IMG/VR virus record: IMGVR_UViG_3300042691_023046
Location: 19,729-83,728 of that record
Strand: one strand, 5' to 3'
Source: a virus
Length of the DNA: 64,000 nt
Shown here: one piece after another, positions 36,122 through 46,600 of the stretch
Layout: each line of letters opens with the position of its first letter
Position numbering within the stretch: the first letter of the stretch is position 1
Notes under the pieces: model-generated
Told to the model about the DNA's origin: nothing
Database searches by the model: none
The model's input: the letters and a program-made list of their open reading frames with translations, nothing else
Program-made: the position numbers and the translations under genes

Positions 36122-36993
36122 TGGTATTAAAAATAGTACAAACAGCAGAACTTAATCAAAAAGGTAATATAATTACTTTAAAAGATATAACAGGAGCAGA
36201 TAATATATTAGATAGTACTAAATATGCTACAGGAAGTACTAATTTAAATAGAAATATACAAAACTCTATTAGTGAAGTAATAATAACTACACCTACTAAT
36301 ACTGTTTACAGTATTGTTGATAATTTAGCTATGACAACATCAAATGCTAATATTATAGCTAAAGGTACTGTGTTTCCTAATGAAAGTACAACTAAACTTA
36401 TTGCACCTACAGATATAGGATTAACTTCAAATTCTTTGTTTCCTGATGGTATTTATAAAATAGAAGTTTATCAACATTATTTGATAGATAATATAGAAGA
36501 TGGAACAGGTTATAGAATAAGTGATTTATCTTTAACTTTAGGAGGATATACTAATACAATTAAATTAGGGTATGTAGATACTTTATTGGGTAAATTTGTA
36601 GCCAATAATGATGGAGGAACACCTGCTTTATTAGCTTCTTATACACAATTTAATAATAATGTTTTAAGTGTTACAGGTGATACAATGTTATGTGATAAAC
36701 CTTTATTTACAAGTGTATTAGGTTATACATGTTTTGCTACATATAAAACAACATTATATGTAAAAAACACAACTAATTTATTAAATTGTTTTCAACCTAA
36801 AATAGCTAAAATAAGTATATCTGAAAAATCATGTTGTGCTAGTTGTAAAGATACACCACAAAAAGCAATAGAAGATATTTTTTATGGTTTGTTTATAATA
36901 GATGCACAATTTGCAGATGGTTTATATGATGAAGCTAATAAAGGTATTTTAACATTAAATAAAATATGTAATAATGAAGGGTGTAATTGCTAA
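36121..36993 (+). CDS. Tail hub-like structural protein
   Basis: FPDGIYKI motif; Cys-rich C-terminus (CNNEGCNC). Confidence 0.5.
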   Translation: MVLKIVQTAELNQKGNIITLKDITGADNILDSTKYATGSTNLNRNIQNSISEVIITTPTNTVYSIVDNLAMTTSNANIIAKGTVFPNESTTKLIAPTDIGLTSNSLFPDGIYKIEVYQHYLIDNIEDGTGYRISDLSLTLGGYTNTIKLGYVDTLLGKFVANNDGGTPALLASYTQFNNNVLSVTGDTMLCDKPLFTSVLGYTCFATYKTTLYVKNTTNLLNCFQPKIAKISISEKSCCASCKDTPQKAIEDIFYGLFIIDAQFADGLYDEANKGILTLNKICNNEGCNC

Positions 36994-37265
36994 TGATAAC
37001 TACAGAAGAATTAAATACTTTAAAATCAAGAACAACAGAATATTTTGCTCAATTAGGTAAAAATAATTTTAATAGTTTAAGATTTGGTACAGAATTATGT
37101 ACTACTAAATTTACTATTTTAAAAGAAGTATTAATGTATCAATGGGTTTTAAGTACATGGCAACAATACTTAGATGGTACAATAGTACCTGATGTTAATT
37201 ATATAACACAATCAGATTTAGATATTATAGTAAATAGGTTAAATTATATAATAGATGGGATTTAA
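36987..37265 (+). CDS. Small tail-associated protein
   Basis: 92 aa in tail module. Confidence 0.5.
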   Translation: MLMITTEELNTLKSRTTEYFAQLGKNNFNSLRFGTELCTTKFTILKEVLMYQWVLSTWQQYLDGTIVPDVNYITQSDLDIIVNRLNYIIDGI

Positions 37266-37989
37266 TATATTTTCTAAAGCTACACATGAATCAGAAGTAG
37301 GAAATACTTCATTTGATAAATTATTTGATTTAAACAAATCAAATGATTGTGGTTGTAAAGATGGTAAAGATGGGCAGTCCATAACTGTAGTTTCTTCTTC
37401 TTTAGATGAAAGTGGAAATACTATTGTATTATTTAGTGATGGTTCAACTGTTACAATTAATAAAGGTAATAATGGGGCAGATGGTTCTAATGGCTCTAAT
37501 GGAATAAATGGTACAGATGGAACAGATGGTACTAATGGTAAAAGTATTTCAGTTTTAAGTCAAACAATAGATAGTAATGGTAATACAATTATTACACTTA
37601 CTGATGGAGTTACTAATTGGAATATACTTGTTAATAAAGGGACTAATGGAACAAATGGAGTAGATGGAACTAATGGTACAAACGGGGTTGATGGTATAGA
37701 TGGAATAAATGGTACAGATGGAACAGATGGTAAAAGTGCTTATGAAATAGCTGTATTAAATGGTTTTGTAGGAACAGAAGCAGCATGGCTTCTTAGTTTA
37801 AAAGGTTTAAATGGAACTAACGGTACTAATGGAACTGATGGTACAGATATATCTACATTACCTTATTACAATGAAGCAGGGACTTTAATATCACCTTCAC
37901 CTAATCCTTGTTCAACTGGTAAAACTTATATTTTAACACATGGTTGTAAAAGTGGTGTGCCAACTTTTTATTGGCAAGAACAACCTTAA
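37255..37989 (+). CDS. Collagen-like fibre protein
   Basis: (G-x-D/N)n tracts and GKSAYEIAVLNGFVGTEAAWLLSLKG motif. Confidence 0.8.
   Translation: MGFNIFSKATHESEVGNTSFDKLFDLNKSNDCGCKDGKDGQSITVVSSSLDESGNTIVLFSDGSTVTINKGNNGADGSNGSNGINGTDGTDGTNGKSISVLSQTIDSNGNTIITLTDGVTNWNILVNKGTNGTNGVDGTNGTNGVDGIDGINGTDGTDGKSAYEIAVLNGFVGTEAAWLLSLKGLNGTNGTNGTDGTDISTLPYYNEAGTLISPSPNPCSTGKTYILTHGCKSGVPTFYWQEQP
37465..37848 (+). repeat. Interrupted Gly-x-y coding repeats
   Basis: GTNGTDG/GINGTDG units; ggaataaatggtacagatggaacagatggta occurs twice. Confidence 0.85.
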
Positions 37990-38024
37990 TACTTTTTTAA
38001 TTTTTAATTATCAAACAATTTAAT

Positions 38025-38032
38025 TATATTTG
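38025..38032 (+). promoter_or_regulatory. Bacteroidota -7 promoter box
   Basis: TATATTTG 5 nt before ATG 38038. Confidence 0.55.
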
Positions 38033-38037
38033 CAATT

Positions 38038-38340
38038 ATGTGGGAATTTATAGAAAAATTAATAACAGATATTACTGTATGTACAGCAGTAACAGTAAAT
38101 AGTACAACAAAAACAGAAGCTTTATTAAATACTAGTAAAAGTTATAAATGTAAAATTATTGAAGTAAGAAATACTTCAAGTACTGATAATATAAGAGTAT
38201 ATACTAATAATTCAACAGAATATTTTACAATGTTACCACTTGAACGTAGAGTAGTTATGGTAAAAAATTTAAGCGATTTAGCATTTAGTTTAGCTGTAGG
38301 TACTACATCTACAAGAATAGAGTTAGTAATAGAAAATTAA
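38038..38340 (+). CDS. Small beta-rich structural protein
   Basis: 100 aa in tail module. Confidence 0.55.
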   Translation: MWEFIEKLITDITVCTAVTVNSTTKTEALLNTSKSYKCKIIEVRNTSSTDNIRVYTNNSTEYFTMLPLERRVVMVKNLSDLAFSLAVGTTSTRIELVIEN

Positions 38341-38353
38341 TAAATAAATTATT

Positions 38354-39055
38354 ATGACTAGACAAACAGCAAGAAGTTCATTAGGTAGTGGAGGAAGTTC
38401 ATTAGTAAATGGAATACTACAAATAGCAGGAGGAGTTGGTTTAGACACTACTTTAAGAAATATAACTGACCGACTAGGAACATTAAGTCCTTTAAATTTA
38501 AGTACAGCACAAGTAAATATAGGTGGTGGTACTTCATTAGGAAGATTAGTTATAAGAGGTGATGGTACAAATCCAATTAATAGATTTGAAGATAGTACAG
38601 GAACTTTATTTTGGAGTTTAAATGCAGCAGCTACTATTCAACGAATAGGAGGTACAACTTCAAGTTTTCCAGCTATAAAAAGAAATGGTTCAGCAATTGA
38701 TTTTAGATTAGCTGACGATAGTGCTTATTGTGCAATTAGTGCTTATGATGTTCAAGTATTTAACAGTAGGTATTTTTTATTAGGTTCAAATTCGTCAGGT
38801 ACAGCAGGAGTATTAATGTCGGGCTTAGGGCAAGGAATACTTAGTTTAACAGATGCAGGAGCAACGAATGGTATTACACAATTAAGATTTGGTAGAGGTT
38901 CAGATATTGGTATTTTTAATGGAACAGGTAGTCCAGAAGGAGTAGTTACAGCACCAGCAGGTTCAATTTATTTAAATAAATTAGGAGGTGTTTTTACTAG
39001 TGTATTTGTTAAACAAACAGGAACAGGTAACACAAATTGGGTAGGTATAGGATAA
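38354..39055 (+). CDS. Tail fibre / spike-like protein
   Basis: Gly-rich; C-terminal GTGSPEGVVTAPAGSIYL...KQTGTGNTNW motif typical of phage fibres. Confidence 0.65.
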   Translation: MTRQTARSSLGSGGSSLVNGILQIAGGVGLDTTLRNITDRLGTLSPLNLSTAQVNIGGGTSLGRLVIRGDGTNPINRFEDSTGTLFWSLNAAATIQRIGGTTSSFPAIKRNGSAIDFRLADDSAYCAISAYDVQVFNSRYFLLGSNSSGTAGVLMSGLGQGILSLTDAGATNGITQLRFGRGSDIGIFNGTGSPEGVVTAPAGSIYLNKLGGVFTSVFVKQTGTGNTNWVGIG

Positions 39056-39074
39056 TATATTAAATAATAAAAAT

Positions 39075-39383
39075 ATGATAGTATTAAATGAAATAAGTGT
39101 AATAGAAACAGGTGCAGAAGTAAGCTACAAAGCTAAAGAACTTACAATTAAGTATGAAGCTGATTTAGAAACTGAATTAATTGATGGAGTTCTTACAAAA
39201 GTAGGAAAAATTAAAAGTTGGATATTTAATGAAACTGGTAACAATATAATGAGTGTTCAAAGAATTGATAATGACAAAGATTTTATTGGTAAAGATATTT
39301 TAGGAGAATTACATAAAATATATATTATACAATTAAAATCATTAAATCCTAATTTAACTTTTATAGATACTTATAATAAATAA
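39075..39383 (+). CDS. Hypothetical protein (possible fibre assembly)
   Basis: 102 aa after fibre gene. Confidence 0.5.
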   Translation: MIVLNEISVIETGAEVSYKAKELTIKYEADLETELIDGVLTKVGKIKSWIFNETGNNIMSVQRIDNDKDFIGKDILGELHKIYIIQLKSLNPNLTFIDTYNK

Positions 39384-39385
39384 TT

Positions 39386-39547
39386 ATGTTAAAAATTGAA
39401 ATATCAGAACAAGAAGCTCAATTAATACTAAATGGGTTAGGAGAATTAAAAGCTAAAGAAAGTATTGAATTTATTTTAAAATTTAGACTAGTTTGTGAAC
39501 AACAAATAGAAGTTAATCGAAATAAACAAATAAATAAAAAAAAATAA
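39386..39547 (+). CDS. Small helical protein (53 aa; tail fibre chaperone-like)
   Basis: Manual translation MLKIEISEQEAQLILNGLGELKAKESIEFILKFRLVCEQQ... Confidence 0.5.
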   Translation: MLKIEISEQEAQLILNGLGELKAKESIEFILKFRLVCEQQIEVNRNKQINKKK

Positions 39548-39573
39548 AAGTTAAATAAAATTAATAAAAAAAA

Positions 39574-39894
39574 ATGACTACATTAGAAATGGCAATAATT
39601 GTGATAGGGGTTTTGTGGGGAATACTAGGAATACTAGTAGGTATAATTTGGAATGATAATAAAGCTAAAATAAAAGCTTTAGAACTAATAACAACTAATT
39701 TAGATTCAAGAGTTCAAAAAGTAGAAGATATTCAAGGTACAGCTATAAAAAATTTAGAAAAAAAGTTTGAAAAACTAGAAGATAAATTTGATATACTTAC
39801 AACAAAAGTAAATGATTTAAGTAATTATATTACAACTTCTACAAAAACTGAATTAAGAATATTAGAAACTTTAGAAAACTTTAATAAAAAATAA
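39574..39894 (+). CDS. 1-TM coiled-coil protein (holin/antiholin-like)
   Basis: N-terminal TM plus coiled coil at start of lysis cluster. Confidence 0.5.
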   Translation: MTTLEMAIIVIGVLWGILGILVGIIWNDNKAKIKALELITTNLDSRVQKVEDIQGTAIKNLEKKFEKLEDKFDILTTKVNDLSNYITTSTKTELRILETLENFNKK

Positions 39895-39895
39895 T

Positions 39896-40117
39896 ATGAA
39901 AACAAATGTATCATTTAAAGATAATCCTATTACTACAACAATAGGTATAATACTTATTATGGTAAGTGTAATATTACTTATTTTACCTTATTTTATAGTA
40001 TTAAATGAAAGTGTACAGTGGTATATACCTGCTGTATTAGGAGGTATAGGTATATTATTTTTGTTAGCACCAGATAAATTAGTTTCAATTGTAGTTTCAA
40101 AATCAGATAAAATATAA
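39896..40117 (+). CDS. Holin-like 2-TM protein
   Basis: NPITTTIG + two TM helices + LLAPD. Confidence 0.55.
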   Translation: MKTNVSFKDNPITTTIGIILIMVSVILLILPYFIVLNESVQWYIPAVLGGIGILFLLAPDKLVSIVVSKSDKI

Positions 40118-40119
40118 CT

Positions 40120-40374
40120 ATGAAAGAATTATTAGCAAAACTATGGGTTAGTATAAACCAATCAGATAGTAAAGATATTAGTATTTTTAATATTTTAAAA
40201 AGATTAAGTGAATCAAGTGAAGTTGAGAAAATTGTTATACCTAGTAAAACAAATGAAGAAATATACGCTATAGTATCTCCTAGTACAGGATTAATGTTTA
40301 TTGATAAAGATATAAATAAAATAGTTTTTTATAATGGAACAGGTTGGGAAACTATAGTATCAGAAGTACAATAA
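40120..40374 (+). CDS. Small protein with fibre-type repeat
   Basis: AIVSPSTGLMFIDKD....FYNGTGW. Confidence 0.5.
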   Translation: MKELLAKLWVSINQSDSKDISIFNILKRLSESSEVEKIVIPSKTNEEIYAIVSPSTGLMFIDKDINKIVFYNGTGWETIVSEVQ

Positions 40375-40385
40375 AATTATAAATT

Positions 40386-40817
40386 ATGGAATTAGAAGTA
40401 AATATATTTAAAAAAGCTGATACTTATAGAGCAGGAAAATTATCTATTAATGGTAAATTTTTTTGTTATACTCTTGAAGATAAAGATAGAGGATTATTAC
40501 AATCAATGTCTATTGAAGAAATAGCTAAAATAAAAGTACCTAAACAAACAGGAATACCTTTAGGAAAATATGAAGTAACAATTACTATTAGTAATAGGTT
40601 TAAAAAACCTATGATTCAATTAATGAATGTAAAAGGTTATGAAGGAGTTAGAATACATGCAGGAAATACATCAGCAGATGTGGAAGGTTGTCTTGCAGTA
40701 GCTTATGAAGATTCATCTGATGGATTTGCAAGTAATAGTAAAGCTTGTGCTGATAAATTATTTAAAGATATTGAATTAGCAATTAAAAAAGAAAAAATAT
40801 GGATAACAATAAAATAA
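40386..40817 (+). CDS. DUF5675-family putative endolysin (L,D-transpeptidase-like)
   Basis: FFCYTLEDKDR, IPLGKY, GVRIHAGNTSADVEGCL. Confidence 0.8.
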   Translation: MELEVNIFKKADTYRAGKLSINGKFFCYTLEDKDRGLLQSMSIEEIAKIKVPKQTGIPLGKYEVTITISNRFKKPMIQLMNVKGYEGVRIHAGNTSADVEGCLAVAYEDSSDGFASNSKACADKLFKDIELAIKKEKIWITIK

Positions 40818-41152
40818 CTAAAACATTATTTTTATTATTATTGTTATTTATAGTATTATTTAGTATAGTAATTTATAAATATATTAATTTATCAAATACA
40901 AAAGATATACAATATGACAATTATGAAATAGAATTACAATTAAAACAAGATAGTTTTAATAATTTACAGAAACATTCTGATAGTATAGAAATTTTATTTA
41001 ATTCTAAACAAGCTACAATAATAAACAATACTTATATATATGAACAACAAAATAAAAAAATTGGTAGTGCTAATGTTACTTTTACTGACAGTTTGTTTAA
41101 AGCAAACTTACAGTCAGATTATAAAAAGTATGGACACCTTATCACAAACTGA
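40799..41152 (+). CDS. Spanin-like inner-membrane protein
   Basis: N-terminal TM plus periplasmic coil, follows endolysin. Confidence 0.45.
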   Translation: MDNNKITKTLFLLLLLFIVLFSIVIYKYINLSNTKDIQYDNYEIELQLKQDSFNNLQKHSDSIEILFNSKQATIINNTYIYEQQNKKIGSANVTFTDSLFKANLQSDYKKYGHLITN

Positions 41153-41438
41153 TAAAAAATTAATTAATATTGTACATAATATAGTTGTACAACAAGATTC
41201 AACTATTAAAAATTTAGATACATTAATTGTTTTTCAAAAACTTATGTTAGTAGATAAAAACAAACAAATAATAGTTTTAAAAGAAATTAATAAAATTAAA
41301 GATAAACAATTAGGACAAACTACTAATCAAATTATAAATTTATCTAAAGAAAATAAAAAATTAAAAGTATATAAACAAATAGTATTTGTTGTAATACCTA
41401 TAGTTATAATAGAAACTTTAATAATTATATTTAAATGA
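41040..41438 (+). CDS. Spanin-like protein (signal + coiled coil + C-terminal hydrophobic segment)
   Basis: Overlaps previous gene in a different frame, Rz/Rz1-like arrangement. Confidence 0.45.
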   Translation: MNNKIKKLVVLMLLLLTVCLKQTYSQIIKSMDTLSQTDKKLINIVHNIVVQQDSTIKNLDTLIVFQKLMLVDKNKQIIVLKEINKIKDKQLGQTTNQIINLSKENKKLKVYKQIVFVVIPIVIIETLIIIFK

Positions 41439-42064
41439 AATTTTCAACTTTTGTAGATATATTAGCTGTAGAATTAAAAAAACCTTTTGATGCTGTTACT
41501 AAAGCTATAGTAACAGAATTAATTATCTCTAGTAGAGAACAATTAATTAGACAGCAGTATGAAAGAGATAAATCATTACCTATTAATGCTATTGTATCTA
41601 CATGTTTTACACTAGAATTAAAACCTAGTATGGATTGTTGTGAATTAGATTTAGGTTGTCAATTTTTAAGAACAGTTGATAAAATACCATTACCAATAGA
41701 TATTAAAGATAATACTTTATTTAACTATGTTGGTGGTATGACAGGAATGGTAGGTTTTACTTATTTAAAACCTGATGAAATAGGAAAAGTTAGATATAGG
41801 AAATTTAGTAGAAATAATATATTTTATACTTGGATAAATCAAAGAATAGTTATTATAAATAGTGTAACACTAGAAGAAGTTAAAGTAAGATATGCTCCTG
41901 CAAATCCTTTAGAATTAGCAGAAATATCTAATTGTAGTGGTAAACCTTGTTATAATTTAGAAGATGAATTATTTATAGAAGGACATTGGGAAGATGCTAT
42001 TACTAAAATGATATTACCTAAATTAATGAATGTACCAGAAGAACAAATAGTAGTAGATAAATAA
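41435..42064 (+). CDS. Ring / tail tubular protein
   Basis: SREQLIRQ, CC...C..LRTVDKIPLP, FYTWINQRI pattern; synteny. Confidence 0.6.
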   Translation: MKFSTFVDILAVELKKPFDAVTKAIVTELIISSREQLIRQQYERDKSLPINAIVSTCFTLELKPSMDCCELDLGCQFLRTVDKIPLPIDIKDNTLFNYVGGMTGMVGFTYLKPDEIGKVRYRKFSRNNIFYTWINQRIVIINSVTLEEVKVRYAPANPLELAEISNCSGKPCYNLEDELFIEGHWEDAITKMILPKLMNVPEEQIVVDK

Positions 42065-42723
42065 TGAAAACATACGGATTACCTCAATTATATATAGATT
42101 ATATAAATACTCCACAACATACAAAATTAGTAGAAAATGTAAAAAGATTATCAGTTAATCCAAATAAACTAATATCTGAACATAGAGTTAGAAAAGAAAA
42201 AATAGAAACAATAACAACTTTAAATCAAGATGTACACGCTGCTATTATAAAAAAATTTAATTTAGCTATTAGAGAAAAAATATTAAAAGGTTATTATTAT
42301 AATTTTGGTAAATTAGGAGGTATTTGTATGGGTAGATTTGAAAGAACTCATACTAAAACAGCAGTAGATTGGAAAAAATCTAATGATTATAAAAAACAAT
42401 TAATAGCAGAAGGTAAAGAACCTGCTAAAAAGATAAGTAAAGATGAAGATGGTAATCTTATAATGACTAATGATAATTATTGGTTATTTTTTAGAACAGA
42501 TGAATATTATGTAGCTTTAACTACAAAAAAATATTATTATCCTCCTAAAGAAAAAGGAGGAAAAGTTAATTACTACAATTGTTTAGTAAAAAATAATTAT
42601 TACTGGAAATATACAGTATTAAGATTATTTACAGCTAGAATGAATGAGTTATTAAACAATGGAATTATAAATCCAAATTTTGTAAGAACATATAAGAAAA
42701 AACCAAAAGTTAATGGAAACTAA
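42064..42723 (+). CDS. IHF-like protein of crAss tail module
   Basis: IIKKFNLAIREKILKG..FGKLGGI...VDWKKS. Confidence 0.55.
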   Translation: MKTYGLPQLYIDYINTPQHTKLVENVKRLSVNPNKLISEHRVRKEKIETITTLNQDVHAAIIKKFNLAIREKILKGYYYNFGKLGGICMGRFERTHTKTAVDWKKSNDYKKQLIAEGKEPAKKISKDEDGNLIMTNDNYWLFFRTDEYYVALTTKKYYYPPKEKGGKVNYYNCLVKNNYYWKYTVLRLFTARMNELLNNGIINPNFVRTYKKKPKVNGN

Positions 42724-43615
42724 AACAATCAGCAGTTACTATATATTACAAAGATTATCAGCTAATCATTCATTTAATTTAAGTGCAGAAGAAGCAAACA
42801 TGATTGATTGGATAGGGCAAGCTATGAGATTTATAGGTAAACATGTTGGTTTTACTACTAATATATGTAGTAATGTTTATGTAGAAAATTATAAAGTGTG
42901 TTATCCTTCTGATTTAGAAGGACTTTTAGCAATTTTATATAATGGGGTTTTATTACCTTTAGGTTCAGATATATCAGGAATAGGTTTTAGTAGAGCTATA
43001 CCACAAGAATCTATTAATATAGTGTCTAACAATGAATATATATTAGAATTAAATGGTTATAAACAACAACAAAAAGAATTAGTTAGTATGTATGCTTCTG
43101 CTCCATTACAATCTACAGCAGATTTAATAAATGAAGTATCAGCTAAAATAAATAGTATTGAAACTTATATATCAGGTATAAATCAATCATTAGCTAAAAA
43201 TGTAAATCAAACAGGACAATTTTATAATACTAAATTAAATTTTATAGAAACTTCATTTGAAACAGGTTATATAGATATTATTTATGTGGGTTTTCCTATT
43301 GATAATAACGGTTATCCTTTAGTAATAGATAATGAATTTTATATACAAGCTATAGAATGGTATATTATTTTAATGATGATACAAAAAGGATATAAACACC
43401 CTATTTTTGATTATAAATATGCTAAAGAAGAATTTTGGGGAAATCCTACACAAAGAACAGTAGGTTGGAGAGCAAAAGCTTCAAATAACGCAGCTTTTCC
43501 ATCTATACAAGATAATGAAAGATTTGCTAGAATGTGGACACAATTTAAATTTAGACGTGAGTTACCACTACAATTATTTAATAGAACAGAACAACCTTAT
43601 GGAACAATATATTAA
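42713..43615 (+). CDS. Ring / tail tubular protein
   Basis: IDWIGQAMRFIG, ETSFETGYIDIIYVGFPIDNNGYPLV..IQAIEWYI. Confidence 0.7.
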   Translation: METKTISSYYILQRLSANHSFNLSAEEANMIDWIGQAMRFIGKHVGFTTNICSNVYVENYKVCYPSDLEGLLAILYNGVLLPLGSDISGIGFSRAIPQESINIVSNNEYILELNGYKQQQKELVSMYASAPLQSTADLINEVSAKINSIETYISGINQSLAKNVNQTGQFYNTKLNFIETSFETGYIDIIYVGFPIDNNGYPLVIDNEFYIQAIEWYIILMMIQKGYKHPIFDYKYAKEEFWGNPTQRTVGWRAKASNNAAFPSIQDNERFARMWTQFKFRRELPLQLFNRTEQPYGTIY

Positions 43616-46600
43616 TGAAACACATTGGATTAGAAAGAGATTTAAGTAATGAAGATATACCAGTTAATCATAGTATTGATGCTAAAAATGGTGTAAACTC
43701 TAAAATAAAAGGAGCTTCTATTAATGAAGGAGGTTTTAAAATTTATCAAAAAGCAGGAACAGCACAATCGTATAAATATAATTTACCTGTTACATTAAGT
43801 TCTGTAGTATATAAAAGAAAACCTATAGGAGAAATACTTATAGATGATGATACTTTTGTTATATTCAGTTTAGGTTATACATCTACTGTAAGTAGTACTG
43901 GTTTATTTAGTTTTAGTGAAATAGGGTTATTACAAAAAAATGGTAATTATATAGCTTTAATAAATGATTATAGTAATACTGAAAAATTTAGTTTTAATCC
44001 TAGTTTTCCTTATACAGGAGAATTTACAAGAAATTATTTAAATGAAATATTAATAGTAGCTACAGATAATAATTTTACTCCTTTATATATTAATATAACT
44101 AAATTATTAAATAATGCTATTTTAACAGGTTCACCTTTAATATCATTTGTGTTAAATGATTATATAATGTTTCCTACTGTAAATATTATAAATACAAGTA
44201 TAAAAATTAATGATACAGGAGGAACATTAGAAAACGGTGTTTATTATTTAAGTTATATTTATGAAAATGAAGATTTATCTATTAATAGTATAGGTTTATT
44301 TGATAATCCTATTAGTATATTTAATACTACTTTAGGTAACACATTATCTTCATATAATAAAGTAAAAGGAGATTTAACTTTAGAAAATACATCTAAATCA
44401 CTAAGTTTAACTTTAACAAATGTAAATACTAATTTTAAAAATATAAAAGTATTAGCTTTAATAAAAAGAAATGGTGTAACATACAGTAAATATATAAGTA
44501 ATATACCTATAACTAGTAGTACTTTAAATTTCACAATATCTAATTCAGAACAAATAGGTAGTGCTATATCATTAAGTGAAGCTTTAACACCTACACTTAA
44601 ATTTAATAAAGTTTATAAATTTACTCAAGTATATAATAGATTATATGCAGCTAGAACAAGTAATAATAGTTTAAGAAGTTTTCAAAAATATGCTAATACT
44701 ATAAATTTAAAATGGTGTAGTAAACTTATTTCTCCTTTAGATGGAGATAATGCAGCTAAAAAAGAATTTAACTATGATAGTAAAACTTTTGCTCATAAAG
44801 AAGTTTATGCTATGTATATACATTTAGTTTTAACTGATGGAACAGTAACAGAAGGATTTCATATACCTTATAATAGATTAAATAGTGCAGCTATAACATC
44901 AGCAGGTTATAGAGCAGCTTCTACTTTAGCTACAAATCAAGGTTTATCTGCTTTAAAATTTCAATTAGAAGATACATCAGTATTAAATTCAGTAAGTGGT
45001 AGTGGTTCAAATAGTGGTGCTATAGGAGAATTTGGATTTTGGGAAAATCAAGATGAATTTTATCCTAATACAGATGATTTTGCTCCTGTTAGTGGCTCAC
45101 AAGATTTAAGAGGACAAAAAGTAAGACATCATAGATTTCCTTCTATTAATTGGTTTAAACAAAATGTATATAATTTTAATAAATATGGTACTTCTCAATT
45201 AGACCAATTAGGAATATTAGTATCTAATGTTAATATACCTACAGCTATAAGACCCTTTGTTAAATCTTGGTTTATAAGTTATGCTCAAAGAGATTATAAT
45301 AATTCTACAGTAGTAGGACAAAGTATAGTTTTATATGAAAGTAGTGATTTTGATGCTGATAATTCTACTTATAATACTTATCCTATAGTTTGGAGCAGTG
45401 GTTTTAATTTTAGAGCTAATTTTGGTACACCAGTAACTCCAACTGAATGTTTAACTGGTGTTTTCTCAAAAACTACAGATAAAACTTTATTAAGATTTTA
45501 TGATTTAAATTTACTTAAAAATAGAGTAGATATAAATCCTAGTTATGTGTCTAATGAATTAATGTTAATATCTGATTGGGATTATGAAGTAATAGCTAAT
45601 TGTAATGGAGGACATATAGATGGTAATAATGCAGCTATATTTGAAATTAATTATATTAAAAAAGCTGGTGCAGAATCTATATCTACACATGCTATAAATT
45701 ATTTAGGTAATAACATAGATGTTAGATATAGAAAAATAAATAGTTATAAATATTTAGAAAATAATGTAATAGACGATATTATAAAAAACAATACTTTAGA
45801 AAATACTTTATTTTTAGATATTGATTCTTCTAATGGTTTTAAATATATGCCTATTAATGTAGGATTATCTTCTGTAAATAATATAGGTTCTTGGTTTCAA
45901 CAAAGTTCTTTTTGGAATACAGTTAAATATAGAACTTATCTAACTACTTTAATGAATTTATATGTTAATTGTTATAATAGTTTAGATAACCAAAAACTTG
46001 TAAATACAGGCATATATTTTGATGTTTCTTTAAATAGTTCTAGTGCTATATATAAAGGAGATAATTTTACTAATTATTATAGTTTTCATACATCAGGTTG
46101 GGGAGGTGCAGGTTCACATCAATTATATGTAAATGCTGATGGTTTTAAAGGTTTAAGAAATATATTTACTCATGTATGTGAAACTCCTGCAAATATAGCT
46201 TTAAGAAGTAGTGATAATAATACACCAACTAATAAATTTTATCCAGAATCAGCAGCAGATTATATTAAAGATATAAATAGAGAAGAAATAGTTGTTAATA
46301 CATTATATAACAGTGATTATTCTAGTATAAATAACATAGGTACATTAATACCTTATCAGTTTAATAAAGAATTTTCTATTGATGATTTTTACAAAATTAA
46401 TAGAAATATAGCTGAACAATCAGAATCTTTAGATATAGGTTGGAGAACATGGTTAGCAAATGATTATTATATAGTAGCTAGAAATAAAGGCAAGATTATC
46501 AACATAGAAGGTTATGATAGAACTTTAATTATACATACAGAAAACTCTTTAATGTTTACAGTAGGTAATGAAGAATTAAAAATTGATACTTCAACAGCTT

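Noticed and set aside
37255-39383. Diversity-generating retroelement or invertible tail-fibre cassette
   Set aside because: No reverse transcriptase, TR/VR pair or recombinase visible in the window
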